A stretch of DNA of 64,000 nucleotides from Candidatus Nomurabacteria bacterium (GTDB lineage Bacteria > Patescibacteriota > Minisyncoccia > Phycocordibacterales > UBA9973). The position numbers and the translations under genes were made by a program. The stretch lies in contig JARIGS010000010.1 in the NCBI GenBank assembly GCA_029288725.1, forward strand, positions 23,947-87,946, read 5' to 3'. Positions 48,249 through 58,581 of the stretch are shown here, one piece after another. Under the pieces are notes generated by a model, which saw only the letters and a program-made list of their open reading frames with translations, did no database searches and was not told where the DNA came from. Numbering within the stretch: the first letter of the stretch is position 1; the number at the start of each line of letters is the position of its first letter.

Positions 48249-49724
48249 ATGAATAGGATCAAACAATGGTGGCAGGCTTCCAGCCGCAAAAAGAAAATTA
48301 TTACCGGAAGTATCGTAGCACTTGTCGTCATTATCATCATCCTAATTGCGAAAAAGCATTCCGCTACCCCGGCTTTGTCTGCCACGGTTCAGCAAGGCAA
48401 TGTAGTCAGCTCCGTTGTGCTTTCCGGTACCACTGAATCTGCCAGTGCAGTTAGTCTTGGATTTGCCGATCAGGGACGCATCAGCAGCGTAAAGGTGAAG
48501 GAGGGTGACAAGGTCCATGCCGGACAGGTTATCGCTTCACTTGATACTGCTGACTTGCAGGCATCATTGAAAAACGCCCAGGCGGCACTTGTGATCGCCA
48601 AGGCAAACGCCACCAACAATACCATCAATCTCGCAACCGTTACTGACCAGCAGGATACCTTGGTTCAGAATGCTTACAATACCCTGCTTTCTGATCACTT
48701 GCAGGCTACGCCCGTGAACCTTTCCACCTCTGCGACCGCACCGACTATTACCGGTGCCTACAGCGGTCCGATGGGACAGTATGTCATCAATGTCTTTACC
48801 TCCGGTTCAAATAGCGGCTTTTCATTTACTGTATCCGGTTTGGAAAGTGGCTTTACGACTGAGGCTGCAACCAATACTGCTGTACCGCTAGGGTCTCATG
48901 GCTTGTACATTCAGTTCCAGGCCGGTCAGCCGTATGGCAATAGCCAATGGGTCGTCAATATTCCCAATACCAAGTCCAGTACCTACACTGCCAACGTCAA
49001 TGCGTACAATGCCGCTGTGGCTGCCCGTACTCAGGCCATTGCTAATGCGACTGCTTCCCTTGCTGCCCGCAATGACAACCAGTCCGTTGCCAATGCCCAG
49101 GTCACCCAGGCCCAGGCAACCATTGATGGCATCATGGCGCAGATGCAGAAGCGCGAAATCATCGCACCGTTTGACGGCGTGGTGGCAGCCGTGAACGTCA
49201 AGCCGGGGCAGACGACTAACTCATTCAATCCAAGCGGCAACAGCAGCGATGCAGCCAATGCCAACATTTCCCTCATTTCTGAAAATGATTATGAAGTCGT
49301 ACTGAAGACACCGGAAATCGATGTTGCCTCTCTTGCCGTTGGACAGCCTGTCTCATTGAAGCTTGATGCTTTTCCTGGTGAATCATTCCCTGCTACCATT
49401 ACCAGCATCAACCCGGCTGAAACTATCGTTGATGGCGTACCGGTGTATCAGACCAAGGTTGCCTTCACTACCATTGACCCCCGCATTCGTTCCGGTATGA
49501 CTGCGACGGCAACGATCACGGTCGGTGAAAAGGACAATGTTCTTATCCTTCCAGTATCGTTTATTCACACTGACAGTCGTGGTTCATATGTCTATGTTGC
49601 CAACGCTAACAACAAGCACACCACGCAGCAAAGTGTTGTGACTGGCCTTCGTGGTAGTGACAGTACGGTAGAGATCATTAGTGGCCTTACTGCCGGACAG
49701 ACGGTGCTGTCTGACGCGCAATAA
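48249..49724 (+). CDS. efflux transporter periplasmic adaptor (HlyD/MacA-like membrane fusion protein)
   Basis: N-terminal TM, biotinyl-lipoyl-like hairpins (VKVKEGDKVHAGQVIASLD), beta-barrel region. Confidence 0.7.
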   Translation: MNRIKQWWQASSRKKKIITGSIVALVVIIIILIAKKHSATPALSATVQQGNVVSSVVLSGTTESASAVSLGFADQGRISSVKVKEGDKVHAGQVIASLDTADLQASLKNAQAALVIAKANATNNTINLATVTDQQDTLVQNAYNTLLSDHLQATPVNLSTSATAPTITGAYSGPMGQYVINVFTSGSNSGFSFTVSGLESGFTTEAATNTAVPLGSHGLYIQFQAGQPYGNSQWVVNIPNTKSSTYTANVNAYNAAVAARTQAIANATASLAARNDNQSVANAQVTQAQATIDGIMAQMQKREIIAPFDGVVAAVNVKPGQTTNSFNPSGNSSDAANANISLISENDYEVVLKTPEIDVASLAVGQPVSLKLDAFPGESFPATITSINPAETIVDGVPVYQTKVAFTTIDPRIRSGMTATATITVGEKDNVLILPVSFIHTDSRGSYVYVANANNKHTTQQSVVTGLRGSDSTVEIISGLTAGQTVLSDAQ

Positions 49725-49725
49725 T

Positions 49726-50982
49726 ATGGCATCATTTGGCCAATCAGTCAGAGTTGGTATCTTTCTCGGCACGCGCCAGTTGCGTCGGGCCAATCGTTCA
49801 ACCACCGTACTGATCATTTCGATCATGACTTTCACCTTCCTGAACCTCGTGGTCGTATCCGGTATCTTGGTCGGGCTTATTGTCGGCGGCAACATTGCCA
49901 ATCGTAATCAGTACACTGGTGACGTCATTGCCACTACCCTTTCTGGCAAGGGTGCCATTGATCACTCCCAGGATTTCATTGCCACTCTGGCGCATGATCC
50001 CCAAGTTACTGCCTATACTGCCCGTTTCCTCGGCGGTGGCACGATTGAGGCAAATTACAAAACTCGTACTGACTTTGCCAACAAGGCCAATAGTGTCGGC
50101 GCGCAGCTAGCCGGGGTCGATCCGACACAGGAAGACAATTTCTCTCACATTTCAAACTACGTTGTTGAGGGTAAGTTTCTCGACCCAACTGAAAGTGGAT
50201 ATATTGTGCTTGGTTCTGATATTCTCGATCGCTACTCCGCATCATTTGGACAGGGCTTTGATTCACTGAAAAATGTCTATCCTGGTGACACGGTTAAGGT
50301 GACCGTCGGTACGAACACTCGTGAATTCATTGTTAAGGGCATTGTGAAGTCCAAGGTTGGGCAGGTATCACTTCGTTCATTCATCAGCAATGCTGATTTC
50401 ATTCAGCTTTCAGGACGGACTGATTTGGATGTGAATGAGATTGCCGTGGAACACAATGCCACCATTACCGACGATCAGATGAAAGCCCGCTTGGTCGCTG
50501 ACGGCTTTGACAAGAACGCTCAGATTCAGACTGCGACTGAGGCCATTCCGGACTTTTTGACCCAGATCAAGACCGCATTTAGTCTGCTCGGTAATCTTAT
50601 CGGTGCAATCGGTATCGTGGTCGGTTCCATCACGATCTTCATCGTGGTCTTCATCAATGCCGTGACGCGTAAGAAGTTCATCGGTATTTTGAAAGGCATC
50701 GGCGTATCGCCATTGGCCATTCAGGTTTCCTACCTGCTCCAGTCATTGTTCTACGGTCTCTCAGGATCATTGCTCGGCAGTCTAATCCTCTATGGATTGC
50801 TGGTGCCAGCATTCAATGCCCACCCATTGAACTTCCCCTTCTCTGACGGTATTCTGGTGGCTGATGTACCGACGACCATTGTTCGCATTATCATTCTCCT
50901 GATCGTGACACTGATTGCTGGTTACATCCCTGCCCGTATGATCATCAAGAAAAACACCCTTGATAGCATTTTAGGACGATAA
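49726..50982 (+). CDS. ABC transporter permease, FtsX/MacB-like
   Basis: N-terminal TM, large periplasmic domain, C-terminal FtsX 3-TM bundle (GILKGIGVSPLAIQVSYLLQ). Confidence 0.8.
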   Translation: MASFGQSVRVGIFLGTRQLRRANRSTTVLIISIMTFTFLNLVVVSGILVGLIVGGNIANRNQYTGDVIATTLSGKGAIDHSQDFIATLAHDPQVTAYTARFLGGGTIEANYKTRTDFANKANSVGAQLAGVDPTQEDNFSHISNYVVEGKFLDPTESGYIVLGSDILDRYSASFGQGFDSLKNVYPGDTVKVTVGTNTREFIVKGIVKSKVGQVSLRSFISNADFIQLSGRTDLDVNEIAVEHNATITDDQMKARLVADGFDKNAQIQTATEAIPDFLTQIKTAFSLLGNLIGAIGIVVGSITIFIVVFINAVTRKKFIGILKGIGVSPLAIQVSYLLQSLFYGLSGSLLGSLILYGLLVPAFNAHPLNFPFSDGILVADVPTTIVRIIILLIVTLIAGYIPARMIIKKNTLDSILGR

Positions 50983-50994
50983 TATTTTTACCAT

Positions 50995-51657
50995 ATGATT
51001 ACCGCATCAAACATTACAAAAACATTCAAGAACGGCAGCGTTGAAACGCAGGTCCTCAAAGGTATCGATCTCACTATCGCTCAGGGCGAGTTCGTGGCCA
51101 TCATGGGTAAGTCTGGGGCCGGCAAGTCCACCCTGCTCTATCAGCTTGGCTTGCTTGACCACCCAACGACCGGTGAGATTATTATTGATGGTACTAATAC
51201 CACCTCGCTTTCTCACGCTGACCGTACGACATTTCGCCTGAATGAATTGGGATACATTTTCCAGGACTACGCATTGCTTCCAGAGCTGACAGCAATCGAA
51301 AACGTCATGGTGCCACTGCTGATGCAGGGCAAGTCTGATGAAGAGGCGCGGGCTATCAGTCTCGCCTCCCTTGATCGTATTGGTTTGGCTCATAAGGAGA
51401 ACAACTTACCAAACCAGCTTTCTGGTGGCGAACAGCAGCGTGTGTCCATCGCTCGTGCCGTTGCTCACAATCCCAAGATTCTCTTTGCCGATGAACCGAC
51501 CGCCAACCTCGACAGCGAATCCGGCGATGCCGTCCTGGCAATCTTCAAGGACCTTCACGACAAGGGTCAGACCATCGTGATGGTCACTCACGAACCCGAA
51601 TACACCGTTCACTGCAACCGCATCATCACTATTGCTGACGGTAAGGCATCAGAATAA
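50995..51657 (+). CDS. ABC transporter ATP-binding protein (MacB/LolD-like)
   Basis: GKSGAGKST, LSGGEQQRVSIARA, LFADEPT. Confidence 0.9.
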   Translation: MITASNITKTFKNGSVETQVLKGIDLTIAQGEFVAIMGKSGAGKSTLLYQLGLLDHPTTGEIIIDGTNTTSLSHADRTTFRLNELGYIFQDYALLPELTAIENVMVPLLMQGKSDEEARAISLASLDRIGLAHKENNLPNQLSGGEQQRVSIARAVAHNPKILFADEPTANLDSESGDAVLAIFKDLHDKGQTIVMVTHEPEYTVHCNRIITIADGKASE

Positions 51658-51668
51658 TAAAGTTTAAA

Positions 51669-51693
51669 TAAAAAGGGGTCAGACCCCTTTTTA
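51669..51693 (+). terminator. terminator after the ABC operon
   Basis: A5-GGGGTC-AGA-CCCC-T5. Confidence 0.7.
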
Positions 51694-51798
51694 TAGTTTC
51701 TTTATTTTCCAGGAGGTCCGGCCTTTTCTCTTTAATCTCCGGTTTGTTGACTAATTATTTAAATATGTTAATTTAACGATAAATCAAAATACATTGTT

Positions 51799-52365
51799 AT
51801 GGCAAGAGATCCTTATGCAAAGACAGTGGTCACAAAGGCTGACCAGAGTTTTCCTTGTACAAAAAAGAACGATTTTCTTTTTCATCCTATTTCAAATGGA
51901 GACCATATTTATGAAATGAATATGCCTTGGGGGTATGAGCTTGAATATACTGAGGATGAATCAATAAAGCGTAAATTTGTTGAGGATTTTATTCTCACCG
52001 TTATTCAAAAAGCTCCAAAACGACACACTTTCTTTTTTGGAAGATTTGTTTTACAGGAAAGCCTAAGCTTCGAATTTGAAGGAAAAGAGATAGAGTTGTA
52101 TAAGAACAGGCAAACATATGATCCGGTTTTATATGTATTCGACAATCTTTCTGGTGGTGCGCCTCGCAAGTTGGTTAAGCTCGGAGATATCCCTAAACAT
52201 AGGGATATCGACAGTTATTACAACGCCAGCATTACCTGGAGAGATATTAAGAATTACCCCGATGACCCGTGCTTCCTTCTTACCAAGAGTTCTTTTATGC
52301 AACATAACCAGAATGTTCGCTTTACATCAGTAGTACTGACCAGCGAGCTTTCCGTGCATGTTTAA
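51799..52365 (+). CDS. hypothetical protein (AT-rich)
   Basis: ORF only. Confidence 0.4.
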   Translation: MARDPYAKTVVTKADQSFPCTKKNDFLFHPISNGDHIYEMNMPWGYELEYTEDESIKRKFVEDFILTVIQKAPKRHTFFFGRFVLQESLSFEFEGKEIELYKNRQTYDPVLYVFDNLSGGAPRKLVKLGDIPKHRDIDSYYNASITWRDIKNYPDDPCFLLTKSSFMQHNQNVRFTSVVLTSELSVHV

Positions 52366-52425
52366 TTTAAAAAAGATTATCACTAACACCTTTCTCGCTT
52401 CATTGACGGGAAAGGTGTTTTATTA

Positions 52426-53685
52426 TTAGGCATTCGAACCAGCGACGTAGCCAGTCGTCCAGCAGAGTTGAAGTGAGAAACCACCGGAAGGGCGAGTGAT
52501 ATGGAGGAGATCGCCGGTGATGTAGAGATTGGTGAAGAGCTTGGAACGCATGGTCTTCATGTCCATTTCGGTCAGTGGAATGCCGCCATCGGCGACAACG
52601 GCACGGTCAAAGCCCATCAGTCCAGTGATGGTCAGCGGCAGTGCCTTAAGCATATTCACCAGCTCCTTGCGCTGTTCCTTCGTGACGCTGTGCACTTTTA
52701 ATTCTCGGTCTAGGTTTGGTAACAATGAGAACACCGCTTCAATGGTGCCGTGGGGTACGATTTCATCCATCACGTTTTTCAGTAATTTATTTTTGTTGGC
52801 ATCAAATACGCTGATGATCTTTTGCTCCAATGCCCCATGGTCAGTATCAGGATACGCATCAATGGTGGCGGTTACCTTTCCAGCGTGTAATAAATCTGCA
52901 ACTTCACCGGCACTATTAAGAATTAACGGACCAGATAAGCCGAAATGGGTAAATAGTAATTTTCCTGTTTTTGAAAAAGCTTTTTTCTTTTGTTTTCCCT
53001 CTTCGACAAAGAATGTGATTTTCATAAATGACAATGACGTACCGGACAGTGACTTCACCCACGGTTCCTTAACGGCCAGCGGTACGATGGTCGGTGTCGG
53101 GTCAGCGACCGTATGCCCTAGGGCTTTCAACCAGTTAAACCCATCACCCGTTGAGCCGGTTTCCTGATGCGACAATCCTCCTGTTGCTAGAACATATGAA
53201 GTGGCAGTATAGAGCGTTTTCCCTACGCTGACACCAGTAATACGATTGTCCTCATGATGAATACGGCTCACTTCGCTGTTGGTCATAATGGTAACCTTAC
53301 CCTTGGCCATGTAGCGTTCCATAGCCCTGAATACATCGATTGATTTCTCAGTATGAGGAAAGGCACGCTTGCGGGCCTGCACCACCAACGGCAATCCAAG
53401 ATTTTCAAAAAACGTAAACGTATCCTTGTTGCTGAATTGTGAAAATGCCGAATATAAAAACTGTTCGGCACTTTTATAGTGTTTCAAAAAAAGTCGTGTG
53501 TCTTCTTCGGCATTGGTAATATTGCATCGTCCTCCCCCGCTGATTTTTAATTTCTCACCAAGCTGGGCATTCTTTTCCAATACAAGCACCCTCTTACCGA
53601 GCTCTCCTGCTCGGCCTGCCGCCATGATGCCTGAAGGTCCACCACCAATCACGATCACATCATATTGCTTGTCGAGAGTAGTCAT
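52426..53685 (-). CDS. FAD-dependent oxidoreductase, HI0933/aminoacetone-oxidase-like
   Basis: DVIVIGGGPSGIMAAG...GGGRCNITN. Confidence 0.85.
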   Translation of the reverse strand: MTTLDKQYDVIVIGGGPSGIMAAGRAGELGKRVLVLEKNAQLGEKLKISGGGRCNITNAEEDTRLFLKHYKSAEQFLYSAFSQFSNKDTFTFFENLGLPLVVQARKRAFPHTEKSIDVFRAMERYMAKGKVTIMTNSEVSRIHHEDNRITGVSVGKTLYTATSYVLATGGLSHQETGSTGDGFNWLKALGHTVADPTPTIVPLAVKEPWVKSLSGTSLSFMKITFFVEEGKQKKKAFSKTGKLLFTHFGLSGPLILNSAGEVADLLHAGKVTATIDAYPDTDHGALEQKIISVFDANKNKLLKNVMDEIVPHGTIEAVFSLLPNLDRELKVHSVTKEQRKELVNMLKALPLTITGLMGFDRAVVADGGIPLTEMDMKTMRSKLFTNLYITGDLLHITRPSGGFSLQLCWTTGYVAGSNA

Positions 53686-53686
53686 A

Positions 53687-55156
53687 TTATTTGTCTAAAT
53701 CCAATACCTCATCAATGCGAATCTGGTGGACGAATTCCGGTACGTGGGAGACCAGGATCATTGCCCCAGCATAGCTGCTCAATGCCTTGGCAATGACCGG
53801 TAAGTGGCGGAAGTTGATGTGGTTAGTCGGCTCGTCGAGAATGAGCAGTCCCGGCTCCATCAGCACCAATGTCGCAAATGCCACCAAGCCCTTCTGGCCT
53901 TCTGAGAGGTTGCCGATCTGAGTATTGATAATGTCCGACGTGATCAGGAAGCTTGCTGCCACTGAACGCACGCGCTCTTCATTGGGGCGCAGGCCAGCGC
54001 TTGCCATCGCACCGCGAAGGGCCTGATATGGGCTCTCATTGAAGTTAAGGGTTGAAAAGTCCTGACGATAATACCCAACACGGACATTACGGCCAATGCT
54101 TGAGCCTTTGGCAGTGCCATTAGCGATGGATTCGAGCAGCGTGCTTTTGCCGATACCGTTCGGCCCCTTGAGAAGGAGGTGCTGGTTTCGCTTGAGCGAG
54201 ATGGTAGCTTTGCGCTCAGTCACCTTGTGATTTTTTAGTACGGTAAATGAGCTAATGCCGATGATTTCACCAACAATGTCTTCTTGTACAGGAATGGTAA
54301 ATGGACGAATGGTTTTGTCTTCCTTGCGGACATCGACAATGTCTTCCTCCAGCTCCTCGGCTTTCTCGCGCATGCGTTTGGCCACGAGACGCATCTGACC
54401 ACCCTTGTAGGCGAACTGATTGGCCTTCTCCTTTTTGGCCTGGATTTCCTTTGCCAACATGGCATTTTTCATGTTTTCCTTTTCGATACGAACGGCAATG
54501 TCACGAACGACGTCATTGTAGTTACCAACATACTGCTCGATCTTGCGGGTAAAGATGTCGAGATAAAAGACTCCTTCAGTAAAGGCATTGAGAAAGGCAG
54601 CATCATGGGAAATGACCAAGACGGTTTTCTTGTAATCAATAAGAAACTTTGTCAGATGGGCAATGCCAGCCGTATCAAGGTTATTGGTCGGCTCGTCGAG
54701 CAGCAACAAATCCGGATCCTGGATTAAAGCAGAGGCCAACAGCAAGCGTGCCTGCTGTCCACCAGAAAAGCTTTTGATTAGTCGCTCATGAATGTCTTTG
54801 ACAGAAAGGTTCACGACTTCAAGTACGGCGTCAATTTTTGGATCGATATCATAGACCTTCTGGGAAAACTGGCTTTCGAAGAACTCTCGCACCGTCCATT
54901 CCATCTGTTCACGAGGAATAACCTGTCGGGCAGTGGCTACGGTCGTGCCTTTGACGATGTTGATGGTCCCGTGTTCGGGCGTAAAGACCCCGGTCAGGAG
55001 GTTAAAGATGGTGCTTTTGCCGGCGCCGTTCTGTCCCATAAGGGTAAATTTGGCACCTTTGCGGATCGAAAAAGATACCTCGTCGAGAATGGGCTTGGTA
55101 GCGCTATATTCGAATGAGACATTCTCAAATCGAACGATTGTTTCGGCTTTTGACAT
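53687..55156 (-). CDS. ABC-F family ATPase (tandem ABC domains, no TM)
   Basis: Two Walker A / signature sets (GQNGAGKST, LSGGQQARLLLA; GPNGIGKSTL, LSEGQKGLVAFA). Start at MSKAETIVRF (55156). Confidence 0.85.
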   Translation of the reverse strand: MSKAETIVRFENVSFEYSATKPILDEVSFSIRKGAKFTLMGQNGAGKSTIFNLLTGVFTPEHGTINIVKGTTVATARQVIPREQMEWTVREFFESQFSQKVYDIDPKIDAVLEVVNLSVKDIHERLIKSFSGGQQARLLLASALIQDPDLLLLDEPTNNLDTAGIAHLTKFLIDYKKTVLVISHDAAFLNAFTEGVFYLDIFTRKIEQYVGNYNDVVRDIAVRIEKENMKNAMLAKEIQAKKEKANQFAYKGGQMRLVAKRMREKAEELEEDIVDVRKEDKTIRPFTIPVQEDIVGEIIGISSFTVLKNHKVTERKATISLKRNQHLLLKGPNGIGKSTLLESIANGTAKGSSIGRNVRVGYYRQDFSTLNFNESPYQALRGAMASAGLRPNEERVRSVAASFLITSDIINTQIGNLSEGQKGLVAFATLVLMEPGLLILDEPTNHINFRHLPVIAKALSSYAGAMILVSHVPEFVHQIRIDEVLDLDK

Positions 55157-55190
55157 AATGATGGCAAGTGTATCATAATAAGCGTTATCT

Positions 55191-56231
55191 ATGAACACTG
55201 CCGTTTCGCGGGCTTCAAAAAAACTGCTCACCGTACCCAATGTCATTTTTCTCGTATTGTGCTGCGTGGTGATGTACCTGATCTTCAAGAATGTTGCCCA
55301 AATCAAGGCCATTGATGAACTGTTTCGACAGATTGATGATCGGTGGATCATTATTGCCATCGCGTCTCAGCTCATTACCTATCTTGCAACGACCGCTATT
55401 TACTACGCCCTGATTAATCGCTTCAAGGGCCCGCATGGCAGTGTCGGCTTTGTGGACATGCTCAAGCTCTCTATTGTCAGCATCTTCATTAATCAGATTG
55501 TGCCGAGTGGCGGTATTGGCGGCAATGGCTTTCTCTTTAATGAAATCACCAAGCGCGGTGTCACCCAGAAGAAAGCATTCTTCACTATTGTGATGGAATG
55601 CATCTATCTCTATGTGGCAATGCTGGTGCTTTTGATCACGCTTCCTTTGCTGTACCTGCTCAATCACAATGCCCTACCGCCATCATTTCTCATTGCCATC
55701 ATTTATGGATTCTTGCTCTACGGTGCATTGGCGGTACTGATGACGATACTAAGCGTTAAGGAAACCCTACAAAAGGCATTGAAGGCCATTTCCCGCATCA
55801 AGTTCTTGAGGCATTACGTCGAGGATATCACCTTCTCACCGCAGGGTACGTTTGCCGATCATCAGACGGAGGGACCATGGGGTATTTTTCGTAAATATAT
55901 AAAAGGTTCAATGGCGGTAGTGCTGCTGCAGATGGCAGTATTTTTTGCCGACGGATTGACGATATTTGCACTCTTGCAGGGATTGCATGTTCATACCTCC
56001 TTCCTTATCATCATCTTCGGTTTGTTGTTGACATTTGGTGTCGCCGCTATTCCGATCTCCCCTGGTTCGCTGCTCGTGTACGAAAGTGCCATGACATTCT
56101 TCTATACCAGCATGGGCATGCCGTTTCAGGCTGCCATTGTCGTTACCCTACTGTACCGCGTGTTGTCATTCTGGCTGCCGATTGGACTTGGTCTTGGACT
56201 GTACAAGCATGTACAAAAGCAAAGTATCTAG
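55191..56231 (+). CDS. flippase-like/UPF0104 (MprF-TM-like) membrane protein
   Basis: 8+ TM segments; family assignment tentative. Confidence 0.45.
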   Translation: MNTAVSRASKKLLTVPNVIFLVLCCVVMYLIFKNVAQIKAIDELFRQIDDRWIIIAIASQLITYLATTAIYYALINRFKGPHGSVGFVDMLKLSIVSIFINQIVPSGGIGGNGFLFNEITKRGVTQKKAFFTIVMECIYLYVAMLVLLITLPLLYLLNHNALPPSFLIAIIYGFLLYGALAVLMTILSVKETLQKALKAISRIKFLRHYVEDITFSPQGTFADHQTEGPWGIFRKYIKGSMAVVLLQMAVFFADGLTIFALLQGLHVHTSFLIIIFGLLLTFGVAAIPISPGSLLVYESAMTFFYTSMGMPFQAAIVVTLLYRVLSFWLPIGLGLGLYKHVQKQSI

Positions 56232-56520
56232 GCTATACTTTATAGCGAAGTACTACTACCTTTAAACAAATAACCTCTACTATGAAAAAGCAGGCTTGGA
56301 CCAAACGAACCAATTGGAACGGCCTAATCCTCATCACGGGAACTGTATTGATTATCATTGCTTTTATAAATGGCAAATACGACTCCGGTGCAGTCTGTTT
56401 GTTATTCGGCATTGCTTCACTGGCCTATTTTTCCGGTGAATGTATAAAAGTCAAAAAACGAAAGCGCAAAGAACTGTTACAGCAAAAAGTTGAGCCCTAG
56501 CTCAACTTTTATTTTTTATA

Positions 56521-57084
56521 CTAATAACGGCGCATGACGCTGCGTACTACTGCAACAATCTTTAATTCGTATTCAGGATAGATCGGTTTGAAGTCCTTGT
56601 TTGCCGGTTCAAGCCAAAGCTTGTTGTTTTTGCTGCGAAGATATTTCATCGTGAATTCTCCGTCAACTTGGGCAATGACGATGTCCCCGTCTTTGGCGGT
56701 GTTGGTGCGTTCTGCAACCACAATATCGCCATCATCAATATGGGCATCAATCATGGACTTTCCATCTACTTCAAAAAGATAGGTGGAAGCTTTTTTAGGC
56801 ACGAGATAGTCTTCGATGTTTAATGAGTCAGTCAGTAACTCTCCTGGTGCTGGTAAGCCGGCTTTCACTAAGCCGACCATGGGGATCTCATCGAAACTGC
56901 TGCTTGGAATGAGTTTGCCAAGCTTGTCCTTGGTCACGATACCGGCAGCGATGAGTTTGGTCACGACACGGTAGACGGCATTCTTGGACTTGAAGCCGAA
57001 AAGGCTCATCATTTCCGTATACGTCGGCATGCGACGCTTGGACTGGTAGAACGATATGAGTTTTTCCTTGTAGTCTGGTGTCAT
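56521..57084 (-). CDS. lexA: LexA repressor (S24 peptidase)
   Basis: N-terminal wHTH; VDGKSM (Ser) ... FTMKYL (Lys) catalytic dyad. Confidence 0.9.
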   Translation of the reverse strand: MTPDYKEKLISFYQSKRRMPTYTEMMSLFGFKSKNAVYRVVTKLIAAGIVTKDKLGKLIPSSSFDEIPMVGLVKAGLPAPGELLTDSLNIEDYLVPKKASTYLFEVDGKSMIDAHIDDGDIVVAERTNTAKDGDIVIAQVDGEFTMKYLRSKNNKLWLEPANKDFKPIYPEYELKIVAVVRSVMRRY

Positions 57085-57087
57085 AAT

Positions 57088-57100
57088 ACTAACTTAGTAC
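57088..57100. promoter_or_regulatory. palindrome TACTAA-C-TTAGTA abutting the lexA start; candidate operator
   Basis: read directly, 3 nt upstream of the lexA ATG. Confidence 0.3.
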
Positions 57101-57659
57101 GTGCTTGCCCTGAAGAACTTGAAGGGATGAAAGAATTGTACCAGAAAGTGGCGGTGCTTCGTAGGCTTGGCAAAGTGTGCGGAAATCAGAGAAAGGGACT
57201 GACCATGTTCAGCAATAGTTAATCGTTCAAGGCGAGTAAGTTCGTTTTTGAGAGCTTGTTGGAATGGAGTTGTTTTCATACGAGTGAATGTTAGGCAAAC
57301 AATGGGAAGACGCGGCTGATAATGCCTGTCTTGCCTTCGCGTTTCTGTTCGCGAATCTTCCGTACGATCATACGGTGCTTCCTGGCTTCCTCAACGTACT
57401 TTTGACCGCTCATGATTTTGCTATCGATGCGCTGATTGAGCGTGCGAAGCTGTCTTTCCAATGTGATGATGTATTCCTGTTGTGACATATAATAAACAAT
57501 AATTACTCCTTTTAACTACTCTTATAGTATAGGTGAACGATTGTTCACACGCAAGTACATACCCTACCCATACTGTGGAAAACTCTTGAGGACCGACCTA
57601 AAGAATCAAATAAAAAAGCCCCCTGATTGGGGCTTGTCATGTTTATCGTCTGCTTCTCT

Positions 57660-57845
57660 TTAACGACGGTTATCCGGAGCAGGTTCATGTTCCATTCTTT
57701 TCAGAACCTCGTTACGGAGTTGGTCTTTGTCGAAAGGACTTTTTCCGTTGCCATTATCTTTGGCATCAAGTTCAACAGCGCGTTGGAAATGATGCAGCAA
57801 CTCATTGTTATTTAAACTAGTGAGCTCCTCGTTGTTCATGCACAT
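57660..57845 (-). CDS. hypothetical small protein
   Basis: Promoter TTGACT-17-TAAGAT upstream; terminator GCCCC.../GGGGC + T6 downstream (57612-57634). Confidence 0.4.
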   Translation of the reverse strand: MCMNNEELTSLNNNELLHHFQRAVELDAKDNGNGKSPFDKDQLRNEVLKRMEHEPAPDNRR

Positions 57846-57939
57846 AATTCTAGGATTAAATTAAGGTGAATTTTGCTCATCTTAGTCCCCCGCTTTGACA
57901 AAGTCAAGCAAGATGGTAAGGTAAATAAAACTTAAAAAT

Positions 57940-58239
57940 ATGAAAAAGATACTTAGCACCACTGGCCTTGTCGTTGAGCTTTTCTTGGCCGCCATCTTCT
58001 TAATGATCCCCGGGGCGGTAATAGCCCTAACATGCTTTTTGGTTATTCTGGCGATAAAAATTTTCGCTTATTATTTAATGCCCTGGTTATCAGTGTTTTT
58101 GGTCTTCAAAAACACTCACTGGATTTTAGGGGTATTATTGACGCTTGTTTTCTTTGTTCTCGGAAAATCATTGTATAAGCGAAAATTTTTTACCATAAAA
58201 AATCTCATTAATCCCGCTTTTCCGCTTTTTACAAATTGA
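57940..58239 (+). CDS. hypothetical small membrane protein
   Basis: 3 TM; bidirectional terminator 58251-58278. Confidence 0.35.
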   Translation: MKKILSTTGLVVELFLAAIFLMIPGAVIALTCFLVILAIKIFAYYLMPWLSVFLVFKNTHWILGVLLTLVFFVLGKSLYKRKFFTIKNLINPAFPLFTN

Positions 58240-58280
58240 GCACTCATAGCAAAGGCCACCCTTTCGGGTGGCCTTTTTAT

Positions 58281-58559
58281 TTAGATCATTTCTACTTCCT
58301 TTTCTTCGTGACGTTCCTCGTCAGTCATTGGGCGGTCTTCACCCTGGGCAAGTCCTTCAAGACGAGCTTTTTCGTTTGCACTCCATGCTGCCATTTCTTC
58401 AGGAGACATATTTTTCATATCTTCAACGATTTTCTTGTGCGCTTCGTCATCCGTGCTCATTACATGGGTATTGCCATTTTCAATTACTTCTTCAGGAGTG
58501 TTCCCTTTGATTTCTGCATCACAAGGTCCGCCCATATCTTTACATGTTGTTACTATCAT
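58281..58559 (-). CDS. DUF1059-like small protein
   Basis: MIVTTCKDMGGPCDAEIKGNTPEEV... Confidence 0.55.
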   Translation of the reverse strand: MIVTTCKDMGGPCDAEIKGNTPEEVIENGNTHVMSTDDEAHKKIVEDMKNMSPEEMAAWSANEKARLEGLAQGEDRPMTDEERHEEKEVEMI

Positions 58560-58581
58560 AATTGTGTTACTCGTTTATCTA

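Noticed and set aside
57094-57488. Two small minus-strand ORFs upstream of lexA (61 and 65 aa)
   Set aside because: There is weak similarity between them and no clear RBS. They could be a DUF465-like small protein, but the evidence is insufficient, so they are not listed as features.
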